DNA from: Octopus bimaculoides
Taxonomy: Eukaryota
Length of the DNA: 64,000 bases
Assembly (NCBI RefSeq): GCF_001194135.2
Contig: NC_068985.1
Coordinates: 98,065,835-98,129,834 of the forward strand
Reading direction: 5' to 3'
Shown here: positions 39,471 to 51,759 of the stretch, one piece after another
Layout of the letters: each line of letters starts with the position of its first letter
How positions within the stretch are numbered: position 1 is the first letter of the stretch
The notes under the pieces: model-generated
Told to the model about the DNA's origin: nothing
What the model saw: only the letters and a program-made list of their open reading frames with translations
Database searches by the model: none
Made by a program: the position numbers and the translations under genes

Positions 39471-39706
39471 ATTGATACAATAGACCAGTTATCATCCAGA
39501 ATCACACATAATGTAGCTGAAGTGAAATTTATCTTTCATAGCTCAATAAAGAACAAAACTGTATCTCGTGATGCAATTGAGCTGATTGAGAAGTTTGTCT
39601 ACAATACAAAACAAATGCGAGATTATTGCTCTTTCATCAGGCAACAAACAGAACATAATCGACTGGATACAATATCTGCTCTTACTTCATTAGTGGAACC
39701 CTACAG
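39471..39706 (+). CDS. tty: tweety homolog, visible exon 3/11 (first extracellular domain)
   Basis: Acceptor ataatttcag, donor AG|gtaaga; 236 nt open. IDTIDQLSSR...LTSLVEPYR ends at the conserved ExYR(W); overlaps track ORF 39522-39710; NKT sequon. Confidence 0.92.
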
Positions 39707-40259
39707 GTAAGAACATGCTACTTCTAAGGCAGCCAAATAATGGTTTATTATATTCTTTGTTAGATGCTAAATAATGACAGGAATTGTAGAATGATGCACT
39801 TTATTTATATAACTATTTATGACTTTGTCTAGAGGAAACGACAGTGCTGTATCTGTGACCTTTACAGACCCTCCAAGATGGGTAATTGATATAGTTTGGT
39901 GTTCAGTTTGAACTAAATTCTTTGTAATATATATATATATTTTTTTTTTTTTTGCATTTTTTTTTCTACTTGTTTTAATCATTAAACTGTTGCCATGCTG
40001 AGACACTGCCCTGAAGGGTTCAGTCAAATAAATCTATTTATTTTTTTAAAGTCTGGTTCTTATTCTCTTGGCCTCTTTTGCCAAACTGCTAGGTTACGGG
40101 GACATCAGCAGCTCAACACTGGCAGTCAAACAGTGGACACACATGCACGTACATACATCCTCACACACATACATCCTCACATACACACACACGCACACAC
40201 ACATCCTCACATACACATACATCCTCACACATACATGCATATGAACACACATACACACA

Positions 40260-40478
40260 CAGAGGAGAATCTGGATAAACTGGGATTTTCAGAAAGAGAA
40301 ATAGACCGGCTAATTCGTACATTACAAGTGCAATCTGTGAGTGGAACAGTAAAAATATGCAAGACTTCTCAAGTTCCAAATGTGAATTTGTCTGTGTTAA
40401 CTACACCCCAAAGATGGAGTCTTGTATCTTTGTTGGAAACTGGCTCCCTCCTCAGTGGAAGATTTATAATAATTAAGA
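40260..40478 (+). mobile_element. 3' end of a restriction-like-endonuclease (R4/NeSL-group) LINE
   Basis: ENLDKLGFSEREIDRLIRTLQVQSVSGTVKICKT resembles C-termini of such elements (recall). No splice signals; phase is not needed by the gene model. Confidence 0.5.
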
Positions 40479-41510
40479 AATAGAAGATACATACATACAT
40501 ACATACATACATACATACATACATACAAGTTGACCTAGGACTATAGTAGAAAATACATATCCAAAATACAATCAATACACAATGGGACTGAAGCTGAAAT
40601 CATATTTACAAAGTGAGTTTCTTAACAACAGAGCCATGTTAAAATCCCTCTAGAATTCTAGATCAATAAAACTAGTTCTCATAAGACGCTATAACTAATT
40701 TAATTCTATTGAGTAAACCCACTTGCCAACAAATTTATTATTTGGCATTATTATGAGAAATCTTTATGCATGAAAGAGGAGTAGAACTATAAGTTATAAA
40801 TTTTATCAGATTTTTATTATCGAAGTAATTAGGTAACTGTTCAAATTTGATGATTAAATTTTTTGTGTATGTGGTTATTTTCTGACTTTGAGAATGGCTT
40901 TGAAAAATATAGGGAGATGAATTGATAGTCTAATAATAAAATAATTTCTCTTAGTGATTTATTTTGTATTAATCCAAGCAGTTTCTGTTTTAGTATGTTT
41001 GGTTATAGGTTTTTTCAGGGTAAACTCTTTGAAAGGAATGTGACATCATAGTCAGTATCCAAGGGGGATAATTATACTTGGATAGAACTGCAGCATTGCA
41101 TTAGTCAGCAAAACCTTTTGAGCTATTCTGTGTCACCCCCACCACCACCACATATGCTATATCATCTGTATACTTTGCCAGATAATGTTTGACTCTGTAA
41201 CATACAGTATCAGTTAGGGCATATTGAGTGTTTTGACACCCTATTTACTCTTTTAAATTTGTAGCTACTTATGATTAGTACAGCAAAACTGAATTCCTAG
41301 TTGCATGGCAATTTTATTTCCTTGAAATTCACCGGTTAGCATTGAACATGCATTTTGTGAAAAGCAGCTATAATACTGCTAATAATTTATGTGTGATTTT
41401 AGTACTGTAACTTCAGAGGGTTGATACCTCTCATGGCAATATCGTTATATTCAGTCTGGGAAGAAAAAGAATCATCTTAATTTTATGACTCCCTCTAGGT
41501 TCTGTTAAAG

Positions 41511-41831
41511 CAGTGGTTCTCAACCAGGGATCCATATAATATTTTGTGGGGTCCACACCACAAAATAGTAAATTGGGGATCCACAATAGTATTTTAAGGG
41601 CCCCTGAGAAAATTTTGCTCTAGATGCATGTATTGCAAAAAACTGCTGGGTTCCTTTCTCTAACATTTTGCATAGTTCAACCTAGACATGTTAATGTGTG
41701 TAAAACAAAATAGGAATTTTGAAAAGAAGTTTCTATAAAACTAGGTTTTGAACCTGAAATGACTATGGGGTCAACCAGAATAAAATAATACTCAAAGGGG
41801 TCCATAGATAAAACATGGTTGAGAGCTCCTG
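41511..41831. mobile_element. hAT-type MITE with perfect 8-bp TSD
   Basis: TIRs cagtggttctcaacc / ggttgagagctcctg; tgttaaag at 41503-41510 and 41832-41839. Confidence 0.88.
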
Positions 41832-43239
41832 TGTTAAAGAGAGACTTAGAAGAGATTTAACACTTGCTATTACCAGGAATGTGGCACAAGTGAATCTAAA
41901 GATAAAGCTTTTGGTACTTTGGCTGTGATTTTGAAAAACAGTCTTGAATATATCCATGAGATGAGTATCTAAATGTTATTAGATACTTTAAACATAAATT
42001 TGAGATAGAAAGGTATATCAGACCGCTTAACAATGTGTTGCACTCATAACTGGCTTTCCAGGTTACCAAATATACTGCAGAACGCCATCTGCTATCCCAT
42101 CTTCTCAAATTATGTATTCTAAATTATCTCATATCATTTACATGAAAATCTCAGCAGTTAATTTATAATTTGATACAGTAGGTTATTTTTCATTGTAAAC
42201 ATCAAGCCATGGACACGTTGGTATGTTGAACTTTAGTTGAAGCTTTTAGAGATAGAATCAGAGATAAAACAAAAGATTTATGGTATTTAATTTAAACTGG
42301 AAAAGCAGGTATTCTGTATATATTATTAGGTCACTCAAATGTTTACCAGCTAACATATGTCCTTTGTGTCCAATTTGTGGACACATCTCCCTCCCAAACT
42401 GGGGCTTAAAGCATTCAGTATCTTTTACATTAAAATCTTATTAGTTAATTCAGCTTTTAAAAATAGAAAGTTTTGAGTTGCAACACTGTTATCAGAATAC
42501 TTTTTCTTAACTGCTTAATATTTACTTTCAAACCTAAATAGTAATTTCTAGTCTATCAGGTTAATAAATGCTTTTAGAAATGAGGAGCGTTTTACATTTA
42601 GATACCTATTTTTAAAAAAATTTTTTTTTTTCATATAAATACATATCTTTTAATATTCTGAATATAAATTACGACTTGTTTTTTTTTTCTTTTTTAGTTT
42701 TAGATAAATTCCCACTGCAATTAGAATGTAGCCATGCTGGAACTTGAGGGATTTTTCATTGATTATATTAACACCAATGCAAATTTCAGTTTGGTGTTTA
42801 TTTTAAAAATCTCCGGTTAAATATCCTTTGGTGTGTAGTGACACAACACTAATTTAAACTAGACAAGCATTAACACAAATCTAAATACATTATCCTCCTC
42901 ACCATCATGTTACTTTATTATGTTAGTATTGGATTGGGTGGGTCTTCTGAGTCACCTTCTGTGATAAGTAGGGACGTGGTGTACCTCTTCTAATTCTGGC
43001 GTGTGTGTGTGTGTGTGTGTGTGTTTGTGTATATGTCTGTGCTTCTCTGAAAATTGCTGGTAATGTTTTTGTCATCTCCCCCCACTGTCAACAAGGTGGC
43101 AAGAATCGTTAGCACACCAGGTGTAATGCTTAGTGATATTTCATCTGCCCTTACATTCTGAGGCTGACTTTGCCTTTAATCCTTTTTGGGGTAGTCAAAA
43201 TAAGTGCCAGTTAAGCACTGGGGTCAATGTAATTGATTT

Positions 43240-43630
43240 AACTACTCCTGGGGTAAGAGTATAAAATAAATGCACCCCTCTGCCAAGCTATGTCAAGCCA
43301 GTGTTGCAGAGTAGGTGCATCAAACCAGTATGACTCGAAGCTCAAATTCGTGGCCTCAACGTCAGACTGTGGTTGGTGGAGGGAACATGCTGAGGCCTTC
43401 GTCCTGCAGTGTGCAATCCAATCCAGTTCCAATCCTCTGTCAACAAATGGGCTGCCAGCATTCCACTTTTGAAGACCTGTGGAATTAAAAGACCCTTTAC
43501 TTGAAAAGCAGGGAGAGTTAGTAAGAGGAAAGACATTCAATTATAAAACCATTCTTCAATAAATTATTCATCAAGGTGGTGCTCCAGCATGGCTGCAGTC
43601 AAAGGACTGAAACAAGTAAAAGTAAAAGAA
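43240..43630 (+). mobile_element. Probable RTE-clade LINE 3' end carrying the family A tail
   Basis: WWREHAEAFVLQC resembles the RTE C-terminal WRxxxEAFVxQW; followed by ggtgctccagcatggctgcagtcaaaggactgaaacaagtaaaag. Confidence 0.5.
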
Positions 43631-43952
43631 TAACCCATGTTAAGATGGAAAAACAGATATATAAATGAAAACACACACACACACACATTCATGCTTGGAT
43701 GCGTGCACATGCGCACAGACACCTATGCACACAGCAAGGGCTTTTGTGTTGTTTCTGTCTTCTAAATTCCACTCCCAATATATTAGTCAACATGAGGTTC
43801 CCAATAGAAGATAATTTCTCATAGTACCTGATGTTATTGAACCCAGAATCAAGTAATTGTAAAGCTAACCTCTTAGCCACATGACTGTGCCTGATTTTTT
43901 TCAGTTATAATTTTGCAATATTATGATTGATTGATATTTTGATTTATTTTAG

Positions 43953-44048
43953 ATGGATTGCTACTCTTTCGCTGTTCAGTGTTCATGCTTTAATAAGCCT
44001 CTTGCTGCTTATTGGGATGCTGACTTGTTCCCGTTGTTTGTTGATATT
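43953..44048 (+). CDS. tty: tweety homolog, visible exon 4/11 (TM3)
   Basis: Acceptor gatttattttag, donor TT|gtaagt; 96 nt, phase 2 to 2. (R)WIATLSLFSVHALISLLLLIGMLTCSRCLLI(F) completes YRW and matches the TM3 GxxxxSR pattern. Confidence 0.92.
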
Positions 44049-45849
44049 GTAAGTATTCACAAATAAGTGTTATAATTTGCTTGAAGCTTTTGTAATGTGT
44101 AAATGATATATATGTATTGAAATCACCTTTAAACAATGCATAGGGGAAAAGTTAGTGAAAATATATGTGTGTGTGTATGTATCATCATTTATTTAATGCT
44201 TCTGTTATATTTTGGAAAAGATCCCCACTTAGGAAATATTAGAAAGAAAACAATCCAAGTGCCTGAACACTTTTTCTCTGTAATCTTGAGTTATTTTCTT
44301 TTTTTATATTTGATAAGGAGAATCTTTGCCGAAATATAATAGAAGCATTAAACAAATGATGATAGACACACACACACACACACACACAAGCACAGATACA
44401 TAAGCACACACATAAATTTGTATGTTTGTTTGCAGCTGTGATTGCTCGTATAGTGTAGCAAGGGATATTGTTTGTTGTCAGTTTCTCCTGTCAACAAATC
44501 ATTTGATCACTTTGTGCATTTGATGCCACATATTTCATTAGAGATCTCTTCCTTGTGAAAAAAAAAAAAAAAAAAAAAGAATGAATTAGAATCACAAAGG
44601 ATAGTTGACTGAATACTATGCTTTAGAAAGCATATTTGTCCAACCCATGCAAGCATGGAAAAGCAGACATTAAAAATGAATGAATAATCTCCAGTGTGCC
44701 ATGAAGTTTAAAGAAATCAAGAACTACTGAGTTAGAGTTATGGAATTTTATCAGTCACCTCAATAAACTCCAAGATTAATGAGTAGGATGGTATGAGAGT
44801 TAATGTTCACTAGACCAGAAATAAGATTGAAGTCAGTCTGAGTTCAGTGAAGGATAGAACTATTAAATCACTGATTACTTTAGCTATAGAATAGCAGTCA
44901 ACCAGTTCCTAGTTAGTTTATTCAGTGTGGGCACAGACTTGGAAAGAATGTGTCACTTAGATTAGTAGCTTGTAATTAAACTTTAAGAGATATAAATAAG
45001 GGTCATAAGAAAGTAATTTTTTGGAAACTGGTATGAAAATTAGGATGTTCTTTTGAAACAGAACTTGTAGTCGGAAATAAAAGCAGTATTTTAACATCTA
45101 TGGTTATATATTTTTTATTTATTTGGTATTGCAATTTGTGAATAATAGCACTGTTGGTTACACAGAAATTTTGATCATGAGTGTGACATGGGACCTGGAA
45201 ATACATGGTTGCGAAGCAAACTGCTATGCTTGCACCCAGGTGTAGGGCTAACCAAATAATGAAACAAATGATTCAATTTTAGTTTTGTATTAACATAAAG
45301 TTAGTTAGTGATATTTATAATGTTCAGCAAGACAGAAACTCATGTAGTTTCAGAATGTGTTGAAGGGGAAACTTAGAGATATCTTGGATAGTAAGGCATT
45401 TTGAAATACGATGCATTAAAGTGTATACTGGAAAGAGTGTGGGTGTGTGTGAGTAATCGTGTGTATACAATGCCTTCCTTTCAAGTATTTGTAGTGTTTT
45501 GCAGCTCATGAGTATAGGTAATGGCATGTTTCTGGTTTCACCCTCCAATCTGGATGATCAACTACACAAATTACCTGTGGGGAAACCTGCTTAATGAGGG
45601 CATGAGTCTTTACTGCAGATGTGGGTAGCTAATTCCATATTTTGATTATTCAGAGTGTGAAGTACTGGGCTTGCAAAGAGTGGGTCCCGGGACCGATTTG
45701 CTCGATTGAAGGCGGTGCTCCAGCATGGCCACAGTCAAATGACTGAAACAAGTAAGAGTATAAGTATATATGCATGTTCGTGTGTGTGTGTGTGTAATGA
45801 CACACACACACACAGACACACATACACACCTATGTGTATGTACATATAT

Positions 45850-46172
45850 TCCATAGCCATCACTCATGAGTATGACTTGACGGCATGTACCAAGGTTTTG
45901 GTAACTGTTTTCGGTTCCCACATAGTCATGAAAAGACAGAGAAACACTCCTGGTATTCCTACTCTTGACCTAAAAGAATATGAAGGACATGACAGCTGGT
46001 GGGTGTGAGAGTTGCTGTAGTATTTGTCTCGCACACATTTCCAACTGCGTACACTGGAGCAACATGAAATGAAAGTTCTTGTTGAAGAACACAAGATGTC
46101 GCCACATGCAGGATTTGAACGCACCACCCCATGATTGTGAACCCAACAGCCTGGACCCTGGCCACTGGGCCA
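45850..46172 (-). mobile_element. tRNA-head SINE (family E-like)
   Basis: Minus-strand head atggcccagtggccagg...gcgttcaaatcctgc and a ttcttcaacaagaac central motif. Confidence 0.6.
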
Positions 46173-46479
46173 TATTTGAAGATATGTAGTTGAAGTAAAG
46201 GAAAGGTATCTCTTATCTTTTCCTTTTAGTTGTTTCCGTCACTGCATCGCAGCAATGCAGGAGTACTGCACTGCTTGCAGGGGTCATTCGCATATAGTGA
46301 CCATATACTTTTTCTTTTTTTTTTAAAGTCTGGTACTTATTCCATTAGTTTCTTTTGCCAAACCACTAAGTTACAGAGACTTAAACAAAGCAATATTGTC
46401 AAGTGGTTGGGGACACAAACACAAGACTACAGACACAAAAGCACACACAGATACACACACACATGCACTCAAAACATTT

Positions 46480-46958
46480 CTTCGAAATTGAACCAAATTC
46501 GATGACTGGCACCCATGCCAACCTTCCTTCATTGGACACTAAACTCAGCTTGCGAAGACCTGTTGGGGCAAGTGAGATTGAAACTGAACCAAATTCGATG
46601 AATGGCACCCATGCCAGTGGAGCGCTAACAGCACCATCCGAGCGGGATCACTGCCAGAACAGCAGTCTCGCTTCTGTGCCAGTGGCACGTAAAAAGCACC
46701 ATTTGAGCGCGATCATTTCCAGCTTCGCCTTACTGGCACTTGTGCTGGTAGCATGTGAACAAAACATTGGACTGACTCCTGTGCAGGTGGCACGTAAAAA
46801 GCACCCACTACGCTCTCGGAGTGCTTGGCGTTAGGAAGGGCATCCAGCTGTAGAAACTCAGATTGGAGTCTGGTGTAGCCATCTGGTTCGCCAGTCCCCA
46901 GTCAAATCGTCCAACCCATGCTAGCATGGAAAGCGGACGTTAAATGATGATGATGATG
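46480..46958 (+). mobile_element. Family C element, long copy
   Basis: Homologous to 16846-17355 in reverse; (GAT)n tail. Confidence 0.8.
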
Positions 46959-47484
46959 TAAAAATGTTTCTGAAAGTCATGGATACTGTGCTGATTTTTA
47001 TGATTTCTATAAGCATGTCCATGAATGGTAAAGGTATTGAAATCAAACATTTTGTTTCAAATTTGCTCAAAATTATCAAAACACAGGCTGGTTTTATTTA
47101 TTTTTTTTTTTTTCTAAACCAACCTGTGTTTTAATAAGGTTAATTTTCATTGTTACTTTCATTTAAATAAAGCTTTGAGCAAATCATTGCTTGATGTTTA
47201 GTTAAACTTTTTATGATCGTTTTCACTTTTACTTTTTCTTTAAGAGTTACGCACCCAAAAATTTTTACCTAGTTAGGTCATATTTATTTTCATTAAAGTC
47301 AAAAGCTAACATGCTTCTTCAATCAGCTTGTTTATATATGAGCAAAAATCTAAAATAGATTTTGTGGTGTAGGCTTGACAAGTAGTGCATGAGAAGAGTA
47401 ACATAGTGCACTATAGAGCTTATGAATATACTTTTAGCATTGTTCCATGTTGCTTTGTAGTTTTAAGCCATTATGTAACCCACA

Positions 47485-47880
47485 AAGGTGACAAGCTAGC
47501 AGAAATGTTAGCACACCAAGCGAAATGCTTAGCAATATCTTGTCTGTCTTTACATTCTGAGTTCAAATACTGCCGAAGTCGACTTTGCTTTTCATCCTTT
47601 CGGGGTCGATAAATTAAGTACCAGTTGTGTACTGGGGTTGATCTAATCGACTAGTCCCCTCCCCCAAAATTTCAGGCCTTGTGCCTACAGTAGAAAAGAA
47701 ATGCTTAGTGGTATTTTGTCTGTCTTTATGTTCTGAGTTCAAATTCTGCTGAGGTCAACTTTGCCTTTCATCCTTTCAGGGTCGATAAATTAAGTACCAG
47801 TTGCATACTGGGGTTGATATAATCGACTGGTCCCACTCCCCTGAAAATTTTGGGCCTTGTGCATAGAGTAGAAAAGATTA
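47485..47880 (+). mobile_element. Head-to-tail dimer of SINE family B (tail type 2)
   Basis: Full copy to about 47700, then a 5'-truncated copy starting gaaatgcttagtggtattttg. Confidence 0.8.
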
Positions 47881-48455
47881 TCTGACCCACATGCATAGTA
47901 CATAGTTGAAAAAGACATTAGTCTTTCTTCTACAATTTAAGATGTGAATGGGTGATTTAAGATTTGGCTGTTATTTCTAGCTTGTCAAATTGCCATAGAG
48001 AGACTATGAGAGAGACTATGTCTAGCAGTTTGAGCTACTGTGGACTGGTGTTAGTGATTACTGAAACAACAAGAAAATCTTAAACAAACAAGAAAATAAA
48101 TAAGAGACAAGTAGTAGTAGTAGTAGTAGTAGTCTTTGTTGTTATTTCTTGATTGTGCAAATCTATAGTCAAATGCATTCCATTCATTCCCGACCATCTC
48201 CAGCTCTGTGTGTATTTAAGACTACAGTATCCAATATTGGGTCTTCCTTCTGTTTTTTTTTCTTCTTGAGGGGAAAATGGTTGTTACTTCTAGCTATTCA
48301 ATGGATCATGCAGGGGTTCCCTAAATGAATTGTGTCAAGTGATCGATTACTAATCTTGACAACTGTTAAAAAATAATTATCTGTGTTAATGAGAAGCAGT
48401 AATCGTTATCCCTGTCATCTTACATGTTGATACTTTATTTCTTGTCTCCTTACAG

Positions 48456-48528
48456 CTGCGTATTGTTCGGGTGCCTGGCTCTGATGTTAATCTGGATTGG
48501 TGGAGGGCTTTATCTTGGAACTGCTGTG
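48456..48528 (+). CDS. tty: tweety homolog, visible exon 5/11 (TM4)
   Basis: Acceptor tctccttacag, donor GTG|gtaagt; 73 nt. CVLFGCLALMLIWIGGGLYLGTAV aligns to tweety LxxWxxxGLxxxxAV. Confidence 0.92.
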
Positions 48529-48552
48529 GTAAGTTACTCTTTATCTCTTTAA

Positions 48553-48998
48553 CCCTTTCGTTACTGTATTTATTTTGAGATGCTCCATGTTTCTTTCAAT
48601 TACTTTAACCCTTGAGTGTTCACATTATTCTGCCAAAATTAATGCTTTTTCATCCACATTGTTTTGAACTAATCATGCATTATCTTGTAGCTATGAGATT
48701 TTGATGAGGTAGCTGTTAATTTTTAAAACGATATTGTAGGGCTGGTGTGAGAGACCAGATCTGGTCAGTTTGAAGATAAAACAGGCAGAATACTTTTGGC
48801 CAGATATGGCCGGTTTAAATGCTAAAGGGTTAAATATAACAAAGAATTTAGTAAAATAACTTGGTTATCATGAAGCTAGTGTTAAGAACTTAAATTGTGA
48901 CTAAGGCTTGGTGGAAGGTCTTGATTTAGAACTTATGAAAACAAGACTTTTGTACTACAGAGCCAGAGCCGGTTTCAGCTGGGTTGGTAACGAAAGGA
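48553..48998. mobile_element. TTAA-flanked (piggyBac-like) MITE with a second TTAA MITE nested at 48609-48829
   Basis: Outer ttaa-ccctttcgttac...gtaacgaaagga-ttaa; inner ttaa-cccttgag...gctaaaggg-ttaa. Copies without the insert lie at 19082 and 55810. Confidence 0.78.
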
Positions 48999-50098
48999 TT
49001 AAAGTATTTTCTATCTAAACATTGTAGGCCAGGTCTCCTTTGGTTTGGTCTGATGTCTCCATCGAATTAATATGATAATTATTTCATCCGCTTTCATTTT
49101 AACCCTCTTTTTTCTTTTTCCTCCCTCTCACTTTCTTCCTTTTAAATTTTTCTTCTCCCTCCCTTATTGCCTTTCTCTATTTCTTCTCTCTTATCACCTT
49201 TCCTTTGTCACTTCTGGCTTACCTTAATAAATCTCATCTCTCTCTTCCACTGTCTCCTGTTGCTCATCCCCCTTGTCTATCTCCATTCCCCCTACTTTTT
49301 CCTCTTTACACCCCCTCCGTGTCCCCCCCTCCCAACAGTCCCTCACATTTTCCATTTATTTCCATTTTTCTCTATCTACACTTCTTTCTGACAGACAGTA
49401 GTCCAATCACTTTCAAATCACATTTCCCCATCTTAAAAAAATGTAACATACATTGGATAAGTTACTTTTTGAAACACCAGTCTTCTTGAAACACTGGTTG
49501 TTCATGGTTGGAATAACTTTGATCAAACATCTANNNNNNNNNNNNNNNNNNNNNNNNNNNNNNNNNNNNNNNNNNNNNNNNNNNNNNNNNNNNNNNNNNN
49601 NNNNNNNNNNNNNNNNNNNNNNNNNNNNNNNNNNNNNNNNNNNNNNNNNNNNNNNNNNNNNNNNNNNNNNNNNNNNNNNNNNNNNNNNNNNNNNNNNNNN
49701 NNNNNNNNNNNNNNNNNNNNNNNNNNNNNNNNNNNNNNNNNNNNNNNNNNNNNNNNNNNNNNNNNNNNNNNNNNNNNNNNNNNNNNNNNNNNNNNNNNNN
49801 NNNNNNNNNNNNNNNNNNNNNNNNNNNNNNNNNNNNNNNNNNNNNNNNNNNNNNNNNNNNNNNNNNNNNNNNNNNNNNNNNNNNNNNNNNNNNNNNNNNN
49901 NNNNNNNNNNNNNNNNNNNNNNNNNNNNNNNNNNNNNNNNNNNNNNNNNNNNNNNNNNNNNNNNNNNNNNNNNNNNNNNNNNNNNNNNNNNNNNNNNNNN
50001 NNNNNNNNNNNNNNNNNNNNNNNNNCTCTCTCTCTCCTCTCTGTTTTTCTGTCTCATAAATTTTGTCTTCTCTTTTTCTCTCTCATACATATACACTC

Positions 50099-50136
<38 letters not shown>

Positions 50137-50644
50137 CTACACTCTCTTTGTCTCTCTTTCTCCCTCTCTCATACACATGCACAATATATTTGTCTTTCTC
50201 TCCCAGATACATACTTTCACTGTTGCAGTCTCCTATATTTGTCGAGCAGTGTAACATAATTAGATTTTTCAACTGAGAATGTCACCACTCTTTACATTTA
50301 CTTAAATATCATTTCCCATGGTTCGTTGATGGAGTTTGGCAATCCTACAGATATTGTGTCAGGATTAATTAACTATAATTTAGTCTATTTCCTTTTACTT
50401 CATATCTTCTTCCCCTCTCTCTTCTACATTTATGTCATTGCCTAACTTGCGAATCAAAAATGCATAGGTAGGTAAGATAGGTTATGTCATGCCCTATACA
50501 TATACTTGTAGATTTTCTGAGGAAGCAAGAAGACAAAACCTTGCAGCCATCATGCTGGAACCTCATGGATCTTTTAGGTGTTTTCAACTTAGTCAATACC
50601 ATATTTAGCTATGTTAAACTCATGTTATGATTTGGTAAAAAAAG

Positions 50645-50980
50645 GGTAAAGACTCACATCGGTCATGTATGACCATGGGATTGCACCCAAAAAGTTCCCT
50701 TTCGAGGTACAAGTCCGAGCAAGGTTGTTTATGGAAGACCAGCAGTCGCCCATGCATAATAGCCTACCCTCTCCATGCCACAGATGTTATCCAAGGGAAA
50801 GGACAATATAGCTTGGCACCAGTGAAGTTGCAACTCATTTCTACAGCTGAGGGAACTGGAGCAACAGAAAATAGTCTTGTCCTTCTCAAGAGCACAACAC
50901 ACAACCTGGTCTGGGAATTGAACTCACTGTCCCATGATTGTAAGCCTGAAGATCTAACCACTGAGCCATGGACCTTCACA
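50645..50980 (-). mobile_element. tRNA-head SINE family E
   Basis: Minus-strand head gtgaaggtccatggctcagtggttag...gagttcaattccc and ctcttgagaagg motif. Confidence 0.7.
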
Positions 50981-51294
50981 TTATGATTGTGAATCCATGA
51001 TTCAGTAATGTCTAGATTATCCATCTTATGGTCTTTTGGTTAATTTGAAATATGTAATTGGTAAAATTTACCCTTTACATTATTAACTTGGAGCTATAAT
51101 CCCATGAATTGCCACTAATTACTTAATATTTTTGCACTGAAGGTATACTACCTTCAATAATTCCATACTACCTTCAAAAATTCTTACTTGATCATGTTGA
51201 CTACAAAATATATTTCAGTTTGGTTGTGTATGTGAAATTTTTATGTTCCTATCTTTAAAATCTCAATTTTTATTTTTTTTTCTCCTTTTCCCAG

Positions 51295-51364
51295 GATTTT
51301 GGTGACCTTTGCGTCAACCCTGATAATTATGTAAAGCAGCAAACCAGTGCAAACATGGAAGCTA
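51295..51364 (+). CDS. tty: tweety homolog, visible exon 6/11
   Basis: Acceptor ccttttcccag, donor A|gtaagt; 70 nt. DFGDLCVNPDNYVKQQTSANMEA matches the DxCxxPDxY motif. Confidence 0.93.
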
Positions 51365-51474
51365 GTAAGTAAATGATGATATTGTTGTCTTTATTTCAGA
51401 TTGTATCATATTTTCTTAAAACTATATTCAGACAATATATCTGAGACAAACTGTATTTTTCTTTCTTTAAACAG

Positions 51475-51527
51475 AAGTCCTTAATGCTTATTTGAAATGC
51501 ACTGATATTCGAGAACCATTTGCAGAG
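51475..51527 (+). CDS. tty: tweety homolog, visible exon 7/11
   Basis: Acceptor tttctttaaacag, donor GAG|gtaagt; 53 nt, phase 1 to 0. (K)VLNAYLKCTDIREPFAE matches YxxC...PF. Confidence 0.9.
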
Positions 51528-51759
51528 GTAAGTGGATAGGGTAGTTCATTAGACCATAGCTAGAATCCATACAACCTACATATTTTTAGAATTTAATTTC
51601 TTTTCTCTAATTTCTATTTTTAATTCCTTCTACTTTGTCTTTTTAATGTATATTCTGTCATAATTCACAATAAAATAAAATATCTATTTTATTAACATAT
51701 TAAAATTTCTTTGCCAATGATCAATCTTAACTTGCTGACGACCACTTTTCTGCATAACT

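Noticed and set aside
39995-40483. 162-aa ORF as an extra tweety exon
   Set aside because: A composite of SINE A, a CA-repeat and a LINE 3' fragment; exons 39471-39706 and 43953-44048 already join in frame as YR|W.
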